Shown: positions 39,149 to 47,981 of the stretch, in pieces | Position numbering within the stretch: the first letter of the stretch is position 1 | Layout: each line of letters opens with the position of its first letter | The notes under the pieces: model-generated | Databases searched by the model: none | Told to the model about the DNA's origin: nothing | Seen by the model: the letters and a program-made list of their open reading frames with translations, nothing else | Made by a program: the position numbers and the translations under genes | Assembly: GCA_027492205.1 (NCBI GenBank) | Contig: JAOZFN010000008.1 | Location: forward strand, 1 to 64,000 | DNA from: Thermoproteota archaeon | Lineage (GTDB): Archaea > Korarchaeota > Korarchaeia > Korarchaeales > Korarchaeaceae | Direction of reading: 5' to 3' | Length of the DNA: 64,000 nucleotides

Positions 39149-39372
39149 CTCCCCATCTTAAAGCACCCCTGGGCATCTCTGTCGCTCAACGAGACCAGGG
39201 AAATAAAAATATCGATCTCGGGCCCGTCTCCCCGGGCGTCGCCGAGTCGACCCGGCGACCGCACGCCGGCGGCGCGATCTCTTTAATCGGGACGCAGGGG
39301 GCCTCGGGAGGTCCCCGCGCTAAGGCCCCTCGCGGGTCGTCGGCCCCTCGAGCGGGCGAAGGGCAACTTCGG

Positions 39373-40773
39373 GTGGTGATGGTCGCCTTGGAGCTGACAG
39401 AACAGATCCCGGCGCAGATCAGGCACCTGGCCAGGGGGGTGAGGGGGCAGGGAGGGCTAATCCTCGTGGCGCTGGGCAACTCTTCGGCAGTCCTGCTGGG
39501 GGCGCTGACGTGGCTCCTGCTCGCGAGGCTCCTGACGGTCGCCGACTATGGGAGAGTCAACTACCTGGCCTCTATCGCCATTTTGGCCTCTGGAGTCGCT
39601 TCCCTGGGAATGCCGGCCACCCTGCAGGCATACCTGCCAAGGGGGGACGAGCACATCTCTTCGGGAGCTGCGCTAACCGCCCTGTCCCTTGGGCTGGCCC
39701 TGGGGATCCCCCTTGCGGCCCTTCACCCCACCCTGCCGCTGATCACGGTGGGTTACGCCCTCTACACGGTAGCCACGAGCGAGAGGCTCGGGAGGAGGGA
39801 CTACGGTGGGTACGCCCTCCTGCAGGTCCTGAGCAGGCTCGGGCTCCTGGCCTGGGTCCTCGCGGCCGTCCCGTCGCTCGGCGCGGATGGGGCGCTCCTG
39901 GGCTTCGCCCTAGTCAACCTCGCCTCCGCCTCCTGGATCCTCAGGGGGGTCGCCAGGCCCCGGGAGGGGCTCGCCTCGGTGAGGTCCCACATAAGGTTCT
40001 CGCTCGCGGCCCTGGCCATGGCCATGACGTCCTCGGCCGCCCTGAGGCTGGACAAGGTGCTGATCGGTTCCCTCTACGGGGAGGAGACCCTTGGGTACTA
40101 CCAGCTCGCCTTCCAGTTCTACGCCGCTATTGCCGTCATTCCGGCCAGTCTGAGGAGCTACCTCCTCCCAGAGAGGTCTTCAGGCCGGGGAACCCGGAGG
40201 GCGGAGCTGATCGGGATTGCCCTCTCGGCGCTCGCGGCCTGCCTCGGGGCTCTCCTCTCGCCGCTGGTGATAAGGTCTCTCTTCCCCGACTTCTATCCCG
40301 AGAGCGCCGCGGCCGCCAGGATCGCCTCCCTCGCGGCCGTTCCGGGGGCCGCCTTCAGCGTCTGGTCGGCCGGGAAGCTGAGTCAGGAGAGGCCCACCCT
40401 GGTCCTGGCGGCCAACCTCCTCTCAATTTCCACCCTCGCGGCCTCCATAGCGGTCCTGGGAAGGTTGGCCGGGATCCCCGGTCTCGCCGCCTCCCTCCTG
40501 GTCTACAGATCCTCCGCCGCGGCCGCCGCGGGCGCGCTCGACAGGCTCGAGTCGCGCGGGGCCCTGCTCCCGCGTGGCCAGCGCGGGAGGGGGATGTCTG
40601 ACCGGGCCGCCTCAGCGGCCGGGGGGAAGTTGGCGGAGGCCGATGCTGGCCGGCAGAAACCGTCGCGCCGTCCGGGGGGGCCAACCCGGTCCCCCTCGGC
40701 GGTCCAGGTATGGGTTGCCGGGGGTGGCCCCCCACCCGGCACTCCCCACAAGGGGCCCACCTCGGTCTCCTAG
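39373..40773 (+). CDS. Wzx-type oligosaccharide flippase; the last ~70 aa are low-complexity
   Basis: LARLL...DYG, LDKVLIG and LGYYQLA motifs; about 12 TMs. Confidence 0.75.
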   Translation: MVMVALELTEQIPAQIRHLARGVRGQGGLILVALGNSSAVLLGALTWLLLARLLTVADYGRVNYLASIAILASGVASLGMPATLQAYLPRGDEHISSGAALTALSLGLALGIPLAALHPTLPLITVGYALYTVATSERLGRRDYGGYALLQVLSRLGLLAWVLAAVPSLGADGALLGFALVNLASASWILRGVARPREGLASVRSHIRFSLAALAMAMTSSAALRLDKVLIGSLYGEETLGYYQLAFQFYAAIAVIPASLRSYLLPERSSGRGTRRAELIGIALSALAACLGALLSPLVIRSLFPDFYPESAAAARIASLAAVPGAAFSVWSAGKLSQERPTLVLAANLLSISTLAASIAVLGRLAGIPGLAASLLVYRSSAAAAAGALDRLESRGALLPRGQRGRGMSDRAASAAGGKLAEADAGRQKPSRRPGGPTRSPSAVQVWVAGGGPPPGTPHKGPTSVS

Positions 40774-40785
40774 AGGGCCGGAGAA

Positions 40786-40832
40786 CGTTTCAAAATGTTT
40801 CTGAAACGGTACTCCACAAAAGACTTTTAATC
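40786..40832 (+). promoter_or_regulatory. Inverted repeat CGTTTCA-N9-TGAAACG upstream of BRE/TATA of the S-layer-like gene
   Basis: Perfect 7-bp arms at 40786-40808, then CAAAAG and TTTTAA. Confidence 0.55.
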
Positions 40833-40856
40833 AGCCCGCCTCGGTGGGTCCCACAG

Positions 40857-40898
40857 CTGGCTACCGCCGCCCGACGGGGCGGCGTAGCCAGGAGGTGA
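40857..40898 (+). promoter_or_regulatory. 15-bp 5'-UTR hairpin abutting the SD sequence GGAGGTGA
   Basis: CTGGCTA-c-CGCCGCCC-GACG-GGGCGGCG-TAGCCAG. Confidence 0.65.
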
Positions 40899-40903
40899 AA
40901 GAG

Positions 40904-43438
40904 ATGAAGAGATACGCGATATTTGCTGGGGTGCTGCTGGCCGTCCTGGCCCTCACCATGGTGCCGGGCGGCGTCTACGCGGTTCCCCCCGCGCCCGCAG
41001 AGCCCTCCACCGTCTGGAGCGATCCAGCAGATTGGTACATGACCGTCCAGGGCCTGCTCGACAGCGACTTCTACGCCCTTTACCCCTTCGAGCACGACAA
41101 GAGCCTGAAAATCGGGTTCAGCAAGTACGGCGAGATGATAAACGGCGTTGAGAACGTTGGCCTCGAGTACTGGACCGTCGACCCCTTCGCCCCGCCGGCG
41201 GGCAGCGACCTCGGCAGCGTCCCCAAGAACCTCTGGCTCCAGGGCTGGCTCATCAACATAACCTACACCCACGTGACGTTCGGAAGCAGGAACGTCTGGG
41301 CCATGGCCCAGTTCTCCGACGCCGACTCCTGGGGAGGCCCCTGGATCAGGGTCGACTTCCCCGGCGACAACGACTCGACCTACGGCCCTGAGGACCCGAG
41401 GGATCCCGGCTACATCCAGGACGAGACCCCGTACATGGCCTCCGGCCTGGTCCACGGCGGCAGGAAGACCAACGGCACCGCCATAACCTACCCGATCAAG
41501 GTGCTCTACGCCGGCCCCAGGAAGTTCATAGCGGTCCTGACCACCGACCTCTACGACCACATCGGCTACCAGACCGGCGACACCTCCAGCGACGTGCCCC
41601 TCGTGAGGATAGTCTTCACCATAATCTTCAACAAGGTCAAGAAGCAGGTCATAATACTGAAGGACATAAAGAGCATCATACCCGACAAGACGATGATCGG
41701 CCAGATGTTCGTCCAGTTCAGCAACAGGGGAGAGGTCGACCTGGGCAACGAGGACGTCGGCTACAAGGCCTACGCCCACTTCTACACGGCTGGAACCTGC
41801 GGAGCTGAGGACGCCTCGAGTGAAGGTCAGACCACGGTTTACGGGACCTCCTGGGAGCTCGGGCAGACGGCCTCCCCCAGCTCGGCCACGTGCTACGGGC
41901 CCGAGCCCAACAGCGAGCCGGACACCTTCGACGTGGCCCAGGTGATCAACCCGAACGTCCAGCCATCCGGAGTGGTTTGGTACGCCGCCTTCTGGCCCAG
42001 CCTCTCGGACTGGACCATCGACGGCTGGCCGATGTACTGGCGCTCCATCGACGCAGGCGACAAGCACTACATCGACCTGGCGACCGCCACGCCGCCCGAG
42101 CCGGAGATACCCTACTACATAGGCGAGTGGGACTTCTACCTCGACGACGTCACGGGCAACAAGGTCCAGTTCAGGGGAGTCACGGTCTACGGGGTCGTGG
42201 ACAAGCACGACGCCGACGACGCCAACATGGGGGCCGGCCACTTGAACGTCATAGACAGGGAGGCCATCAAGTACCTCCTCCAGGAGGTCTTCAACCCGTG
42301 GGACCTCAGGAAGGCCCTGAAGAACCCGAGCGACGACGACTCGACCAAGCTCAGCAGGTGGGTCGAGTTCTTCACCATCGACGACGTGAAGAACGGTGAG
42401 AACATAACGCTGTCCGGGGCGCCGGAGTATGGAGACTGGTACGCCTACTCGGACTTCCCGGAGAGGCTCGTGCTGATATGCGACGGCTCGGCGACCCTGC
42501 TCGAGCGCGACTCTAACTACACCGTCTATCCAGGGTACGAGAACATAACGCTACGCTCACCCGTGGTCTCGGCGATGGCCGATGGATGCATCCTCAAGGT
42601 GCTCTACTCGACCAAGGAGAACTACGACGGCGACACCTACTCCGAGGGCAGGTACGAGTGGATAGTGGTCGGCAGGGAGACCAAGGACGGCAAGCTCGTG
42701 CCCTCAGCCGCCACGCTCAGCGCCGCCATAGTGAGCGCCGCCGTGAAGAACAAGGGCTTCGAGACCTGGTACATGGGCATGGACATCCCGTTCCAGAGAC
42801 TGCCATACGTCATGTCCAACTTCGGCTCCCCGTACACGGACAAGGAGGACTTCTACTTCTACGGCGACCAGGGAGGAAGGCCCGCCCTCAAGGACCACTG
42901 GTGCAACCCGTTCGCCCACCCGATCCCCGTGGCCAGCGCCAACCTCATAGCCATAGGAGGTCCGCTCGCAAACGTCCTGACGGAGTACGTCAACGAGTTC
43001 GTGCCGGCCATCTACCTCAGCGGCCAGATAGCCAACGGGCTCAACGGCCACGTCGACCCCGACCTTGAGGGCAAGGTCCTGGCCAGCACCTGCTGGAGCA
43101 GGAACGCCTACAAGAACGAGGGCGACGTCCACTACGCCGTGATCGCCACCTACAAGGACCTCAACGGCACCGTGATCCTGGAGATCTGGGGCTTCAAGGC
43201 CGAGGACACCTACTGGGCCGCAGACTGGTTCCACGACTTCTGGCTACTCCCAGACTACAAAGAGTATAGCCTGCAGAACATCAAGAGCGGCATAACGGCC
43301 ATAATACTGGAGCTCGACTACAGCGAGTACTCGACCAACCACTACCCGGACACCAGGATAGTCGAGTGGCTCGGCACCATCAGCGAGACCACCTGGCCTG
43401 CTGCTGAGATTCAGCAGCCGCCGCACCCCGACCCGTGA
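40904..43438 (+). CDS. Probable S-layer / major cell-surface glycoprotein
   Basis: Signal peptide; acidic and aromatic composition; about 7 N-X-S/T sequons; LIAIGGPLAN motif seen in archaeal S-layer C-terminal domains; extreme C/G third-position bias; strong SD and terminator. Confidence 0.7.
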   Translation: MKRYAIFAGVLLAVLALTMVPGGVYAVPPAPAEPSTVWSDPADWYMTVQGLLDSDFYALYPFEHDKSLKIGFSKYGEMINGVENVGLEYWTVDPFAPPAGSDLGSVPKNLWLQGWLINITYTHVTFGSRNVWAMAQFSDADSWGGPWIRVDFPGDNDSTYGPEDPRDPGYIQDETPYMASGLVHGGRKTNGTAITYPIKVLYAGPRKFIAVLTTDLYDHIGYQTGDTSSDVPLVRIVFTIIFNKVKKQVIILKDIKSIIPDKTMIGQMFVQFSNRGEVDLGNEDVGYKAYAHFYTAGTCGAEDASSEGQTTVYGTSWELGQTASPSSATCYGPEPNSEPDTFDVAQVINPNVQPSGVVWYAAFWPSLSDWTIDGWPMYWRSIDAGDKHYIDLATATPPEPEIPYYIGEWDFYLDDVTGNKVQFRGVTVYGVVDKHDADDANMGAGHLNVIDREAIKYLLQEVFNPWDLRKALKNPSDDDSTKLSRWVEFFTIDDVKNGENITLSGAPEYGDWYAYSDFPERLVLICDGSATLLERDSNYTVYPGYENITLRSPVVSAMADGCILKVLYSTKENYDGDTYSEGRYEWIVVGRETKDGKLVPSAATLSAAIVSAAVKNKGFETWYMGMDIPFQRLPYVMSNFGSPYTDKEDFYFYGDQGGRPALKDHWCNPFAHPIPVASANLIAIGGPLANVLTEYVNEFVPAIYLSGQIANGLNGHVDPDLEGKVLASTCWSRNAYKNEGDVHYAVIATYKDLNGTVILEIWGFKAEDTYWAADWFHDFWLLPDYKEYSLQNIKSGITAIILELDYSEYSTNHYPDTRIVEWLGTISETTWPAAEIQQPPHPDP

Positions 43439-43454
43439 GGTATCACAGGGGAAC

Positions 43455-43500
43455 TCTCCCCTCCCTTCTTTTCCCTTTTCTCTCTCCACTCACCTTTTTT
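43455..43500 (+). terminator. Pyrimidine/oligo-T terminator
   Basis: CTTCTTTTTCCCTTTTC...TTTTTT just after the stop codon. Confidence 0.6.
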
Positions 43501-43621
43501 GACCTGGATGCCGGGCCGGCCTGGGCCAGCCGAGAGGGCCCATCCCCACGGCTCGACCCCAGCTCAATGCGCTGCGCGCCGGCGCGCTCCCACGCAGGCG
43601 CATCCGGTGGGCGGAATCCCT

Positions 43622-44803
43622 TCACAGTCCCCTCGCGCCGAGGATCGGGGCGCCCTGCGAGGACCCGACCACCTCGAGGTACACGGACAGCACCATCCCC
43701 GCGATCCTGGACCAGTCGAACTGCCAGGGCGGATCGGCGGTCACCCCACTGTCCAAGAGTCCGAGGGCCTCCCTGATGGCGGCCGATATCGAGCCGGGCT
43801 CGACCGAGTCGATCCTCGCCCAGAGGGGGTACCCCCTCAGGGCGTCTATGGCCCCGCCCACTGGCGTGGCCGCTATGGCCAGCCCGGCGGCCATGGCCTC
43901 CACCAGGGCGAGGCCGAGCCCCTCGGCCCTCGCCGGGTTCACGAAAACGTCGGCGGCCGCGAACAGCTCGTGGACCCTGTCCGCGGGGACCCAGGGGAGG
44001 ACGACGCCCGCCCCCCCGCCCTCGACTATCCTCCTGACCTCCCCCCTCAGGTACCCGTCCCCCGCGATCACGAAGAAGATATCGTCCTTCTCCCTCCTGA
44101 GCCTCGCGGCGGCCAGGGCCAGCTCGAGCGAGCCCTTGACGTCGACCAGTCTACCGGCGTAGAGGACTATCTTCGCCTCCTGCGGGAGGCCGAGCCTCTC
44201 CCTGATCTCCGCCCTCCTCCTTCGGGCCTCTTGGAACTTTGTGACGTCGACGCCGCCCGGTATGACCCTGACGCTCCCCGCGCCGTACCTCCTCACGTAG
44301 TCGGCCACGTGCCCCGATATTGCGATCACGGCGTCGACCCTCCCCAGCAGCCACCTGAGGACCGTCCTGTTGAAGGCCTCCTCCAGGAGGCTCGCCCCGC
44401 CCCCCGGGTGGAGGGCGTACGTCCCGTGGACGGTTAGTACCGTGGGGTAGTCCCCCAGGAGCAGGGCGGAGATCCAGGTGGTGGGGAAGTGGTGGCCGTG
44501 GACGTGCACCACGTCGGGGTCGAAGGACCTGACGGCGCCCACCAGCCTGTCCGGCCTGACGGGGATTCGGAGGCTCCTCAGGGTCTTTAAGACCAGTCCG
44601 GGTGGGGAGACGCAGCGGACCCCCGAGAATGGCGGGCCCTCGGATAGGAGGCCCTCGCTCCGTTGGCCACAACAGCCCACCACTAGCACGTTGCAGTTCC
44701 TCGACAGGGCGCGGGAGAGCCCCCAGACGTGTCTTGCAATCCCTCCCCAATCCGGCGGGTAGAAAGGGGTCACCTGGACGACCCTCAACTCAATCCCCCT
44801 CAC
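43622..44803 (-). CDS. GT4 family glycosyltransferase
   Basis: GGIARH, GRLVDVKG and EGLGLALVEAMAAG motifs. Confidence 0.92.
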   Translation of the reverse strand: MRGIELRVVQVTPFYPPDWGGIARHVWGLSRALSRNCNVLVVGCCGQRSEGLLSEGPPFSGVRCVSPPGLVLKTLRSLRIPVRPDRLVGAVRSFDPDVVHVHGHHFPTTWISALLLGDYPTVLTVHGTYALHPGGGASLLEEAFNRTVLRWLLGRVDAVIAISGHVADYVRRYGAGSVRVIPGGVDVTKFQEARRRRAEIRERLGLPQEAKIVLYAGRLVDVKGSLELALAAARLRREKDDIFFVIAGDGYLRGEVRRIVEGGGAGVVLPWVPADRVHELFAAADVFVNPARAEGLGLALVEAMAAGLAIAATPVGGAIDALRGYPLWARIDSVEPGSISAAIREALGLLDSGVTADPPWQFDWSRIAGMVLSVYLEVVGSSQGAPILGARGL

Positions 44804-44828
44804 CCACGACAGATGGCCGCCTAATCAA

Positions 44829-46331
44829 TTATCTCAACCCCAGCCTGGCCTTAATCAACCCCAACAGGAGGGACCTCCTCTCCAGCTTGTCCGGAAGAGA
44901 TGCCCTCCCGCTCCCCTGAGCGTATAGGTCTCTCCCCTCCATGTATGCCGGGGGGGCCAGCCCCAGCATGCCGAGCGCGGTTGGCGTTACGTCCTCGACC
45001 CGGGCGTCCCCGTCAACCTCTAGCCTTTCGGAAGCTATCAAGACACCATAGAGCTCATGACTCCCCCCACAGACCAGGGGACTGGTCAACTTTCCATCGA
45101 GAGTCAGTCCCGGTCGAATCACGAAGTCCGGCTCGATCTCGATGACGAGGTCAGGTCCCAGCCCGACGCGAGGACCTGAGTATAGGTCTCTCGGATCGTG
45201 GATGTCCCTAACTATCTTAAGGCCCTCCCTCTCCCCCTCGGCCTCAAGGGCCCTGGCGATCTTGAGGGCCTCGCCGCTCATGGGGCTCCAGGGACCCCTC
45301 CCCGAGATCGCCACAAACCTGCCGCCTATCCCCATCGTCACTCCATCTCTCCCCTGAGAGCCGAATTCCTCCCTGAAGTGCATCGAGACCCCGAGCCGGG
45401 AGGCGGCCCTGAGCAGCTTGGGCAGGGCGGCCCTCGCCAGGCTGCTCGAATCGAACAGGTATCTGCCCAGCCCCGCCAGCCAGGATCCCAGGCCCCCCCT
45501 GATTCCAGAGTACAGGCCCGAGTGAATCATCCAGTTGAGCAGGAGAAGGGACCGCCGCGAGCCGTAGAACCCGTGATCTGACACCACCAGGAGGTGCTCG
45601 TACTCTACCCACTCCAGGGCCTCCTCGATCATGGACTCCACGGCCTCGTAAGTCATCATCACGTGTGGGCCAGGTTCTCCTGCCATCCAGAAAAGATGGG
45701 ACGCCCTGTCCGACACGGTGAATACCAGCGCGGCCAAGTCCCAGCTCCTTCCATCCAGCGCCCTCCTGAAGACCTCAAGCTTCTGCTTCTCAAGGTTTAC
45801 GGCCTCCTCGATTGCCCTCTCTGGTCTATCTCCGTGAAGCACGAAGGGATCGCCCGGGAGGTCGGGTACGTAGCCCCTTGGGATGATCTTATCCTCCCCC
45901 GGTGGGAAGACTATCCCACTCGAGGTCGGCGCTGGGAGGCCTGACACCAACCTCCCTAGCAGCGGCGTCGGCGGCCACGTCATGGGGACGTTCACTACTA
46001 CGCTCTTCATGCCCAAGTACGAGAGGATCTCCCAGAGCGTGGGGACCCTGAGGCTCAGGCTCGAGACCAGCCCCCCCTTGCGGTCGGAGAACTGATACAC
46101 CCCGTGTCTCCCGGGCCCGGTCCCCGTGAAGATGCTGGACCATGCCGACGCGCTGTTTGGGGGTATCGTGGATCTGAGCCTAGCCAGGGTGCCAGACCTG
46201 GACGCCTCACCCAGCGGCCCATCCGACCTGGAAAGGTAACGCCTAGCGGCCTCGTATTCCATTCCATCTATCCCGACGACTAGGAGCCTAACGTTGGACT
46301 TCCCCATAGCGAGGAGCTCCCACCCACTCAC
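44829..46331 (-). CDS. Alkaline phosphatase superfamily (type I phosphodiesterase/NPP-like) protein; start may be ATG 46307
   Basis: GIDG, RSTIPPNSASAW, PGRHGV, DRASH, SDHGF, GSH and DVTPT motifs. Confidence 0.85.
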   Translation of the reverse strand: MSGWELLAMGKSNVRLLVVGIDGMEYEAARRYLSRSDGPLGEASRSGTLARLRSTIPPNSASAWSSIFTGTGPGRHGVYQFSDRKGGLVSSLSLRVPTLWEILSYLGMKSVVVNVPMTWPPTPLLGRLVSGLPAPTSSGIVFPPGEDKIIPRGYVPDLPGDPFVLHGDRPERAIEEAVNLEKQKLEVFRRALDGRSWDLAALVFTVSDRASHLFWMAGEPGPHVMMTYEAVESMIEEALEWVEYEHLLVVSDHGFYGSRRSLLLLNWMIHSGLYSGIRGGLGSWLAGLGRYLFDSSSLARAALPKLLRAASRLGVSMHFREEFGSQGRDGVTMGIGGRFVAISGRGPWSPMSGEALKIARALEAEGEREGLKIVRDIHDPRDLYSGPRVGLGPDLVIEIEPDFVIRPGLTLDGKLTSPLVCGGSHELYGVLIASERLEVDGDARVEDVTPTALGMLGLAPPAYMEGRDLYAQGSGRASLPDKLERRSLLLGLIKARLGLR

Positions 46332-46442
46332 AATTTAAGCTGCCTCGCCCCTCTGCGCCTCGAGCACGCTCAGCGGGACGGTCAGACGTGCAACGGACGG
46401 GAAAGTTTATCTGGCCTCCGTCAGAAGGCCCACCGAGGAGTC

Positions 46443-47981
46443 TTGAAGGGAATGAAGGCTCTACTGATCGTGCTGGACGGCCTATCCGTTGAGGTCGTGG
46501 AGAGGGGCCTGCGGGAGGGGAGGCTCCCAACCCTCGAGAGACTGGGGGGGGTTGGGGCGACGGGCATACTTCGCTCCGCCGTGCCCCCGGATACCGCTGC
46601 CGCCATGGCCTCCCTGCTAACCGGGTCCGGCCCCGGGAGGCACGGGGTCTTTTCTCTCCTCATACCAGAGGCCAGGAACGGGCTGCTCAGGGTGAGGCCG
46701 GCCCAATACGCTGACATAAGGGTACCCACCCTGTTTGACTACTCCGCCCGCACTCGAACCTCCATGGCGGCCTTCGGGATTCCCCTCCTCAGCCCGGTCC
46801 CAGAGCCCCCGGGGGGGTTCGCGGTGCCGGGCTTTGCTTCGGCCCCCGGGTCGAAGGCCCGGCCGGCCTGGGTCGACGAGTGGCTTGAGGATGCTGGCTT
46901 TGAGGACGACGTCCCAAGAAGCTTCTACGGCCTTGATCCACACGATCAGGCTCGGATCTTGAGGGAGAGGATGAGGTTGACCGTTGACTTGTTCCTCCAG
47001 CTGGTCGAGGGGCTCAAGTCCCCCCCAAGGATCTCCATCCTCTGGCTTCCGGAGACGGACCGGGCAGGCCACACAATCTGGGATCACCGGGAACTCATGC
47101 TGAAAGTGTACGAAGAAGCGGACAGGGTGGTCTCCAGGCTGGTCGATCACTATGGTCTAGATGAGACCGTCATTGTCGTCACGGGCGATCATGGGTTCAC
47201 CTCCAGACTCTCAGAGTTCTTCCCGAACTATCTCCTCCTAAGACACGGCCTCCTCAAGCTCAGGGGAAAGATCCTCCCTGCCCTGAAGAGGATCACATCT
47301 CTGCTAGCCGAGTGGCTCGTTGAGACCTCAAGGGCGGTTTGGAACCTGGCAATCGGCAAGGGGTTCATATCCGAGAGGGAGAGGGAGAGACTGGCCATAA
47401 GGCTGGCTAGCCGGCTGGTGTTGGACTACCCAGACATCGACCTCTCCAAATCTCTGGCGTTTTCCATCTCAGACCTGGCCCCCTACGGAATGATCTACAC
47501 CCCCCGGGACATCCTAAACCCACCCGTGGGGGAGGATCGTCTGAGGGAGGAGCAGGACCTCCTCTCTAGACTTAAGGAGATAGAGGGGCTCGAGCGCTTC
47601 GTGGACGAGCTGATACCAGGGAGTCGGGTATATGGGACGTCCTGTCCCGGGGCACCGGCTATACTCTTCAAGACCGCCAGGGGTTACAGCCCGGTCGGTA
47701 GGCTGTCTGCCAGCGTGCGAGGCCCCTCGAGGGCGTCATCAGGCGGAATGCACGACATTATCTCCCCCATATTCATTGCGGGGCCGGGAGTCCCTGCCGG
47801 GAGGCTCGACCGCGTCGTGGGGATAGAGGATGTCTTTCCGACCCTGCTATCGCTCGCGGGTCTCCCGCTCTGGAGGGGGCTGCAGGGCAGGCCCGTGCTG
47901 GGTCAGGCCGAGGGGGAGGTAGACCTCGCCCGGGTGGCGGCGAGCAGGGCGATTAGGAGGAGGCTCAGGCCCAGGAGGTGA
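46443..47981 (+). CDS. Alkaline phosphatase superfamily (NPP-like) protein
   Basis: VLDG, RSAVPPDTAAA, PGRHGV, DRAGH, GDHGF, GMH and DVFPT motifs. Confidence 0.85.
   Translation: MKGMKALLIVLDGLSVEVVERGLREGRLPTLERLGGVGATGILRSAVPPDTAAAMASLLTGSGPGRHGVFSLLIPEARNGLLRVRPAQYADIRVPTLFDYSARTRTSMAAFGIPLLSPVPEPPGGFAVPGFASAPGSKARPAWVDEWLEDAGFEDDVPRSFYGLDPHDQARILRERMRLTVDLFLQLVEGLKSPPRISILWLPETDRAGHTIWDHRELMLKVYEEADRVVSRLVDHYGLDETVIVVTGDHGFTSRLSEFFPNYLLLRHGLLKLRGKILPALKRITSLLAEWLVETSRAVWNLAIGKGFISERERERLAIRLASRLVLDYPDIDLSKSLAFSISDLAPYGMIYTPRDILNPPVGEDRLREEQDLLSRLKEIEGLERFVDELIPGSRVYGTSCPGAPAILFKTARGYSPVGRLSASVRGPSRASSGGMHDIISPIFIAGPGVPAGRLDRVVGIEDVFPTLLSLAGLPLWRGLQGRPVLGQAEGEVDLARVAASRAIRRRLRPRR

Noticed and set aside
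39180-39370. GC-rich hairpins as an ncRNA (SRP or RNase P)
   Set aside because: No diagnostic motifs; such stems are expected by chance at this GC content
40790-42241. Long antisense ORFs, such as this 483-aa one and 11938-13134
   Set aside because: Shadow frames of real genes with strong GC3 bias
47847-47981. 135-bp convergent overlap between the AlkP and membrane protein genes
   Set aside because: The overlapping tail is low-complexity, probably a stop-codon shift with no sign of function
44829-47981. AlkP proteins as formylglycine sulfatases
   Set aside because: No C/SxPxR motif and no maturase nearby
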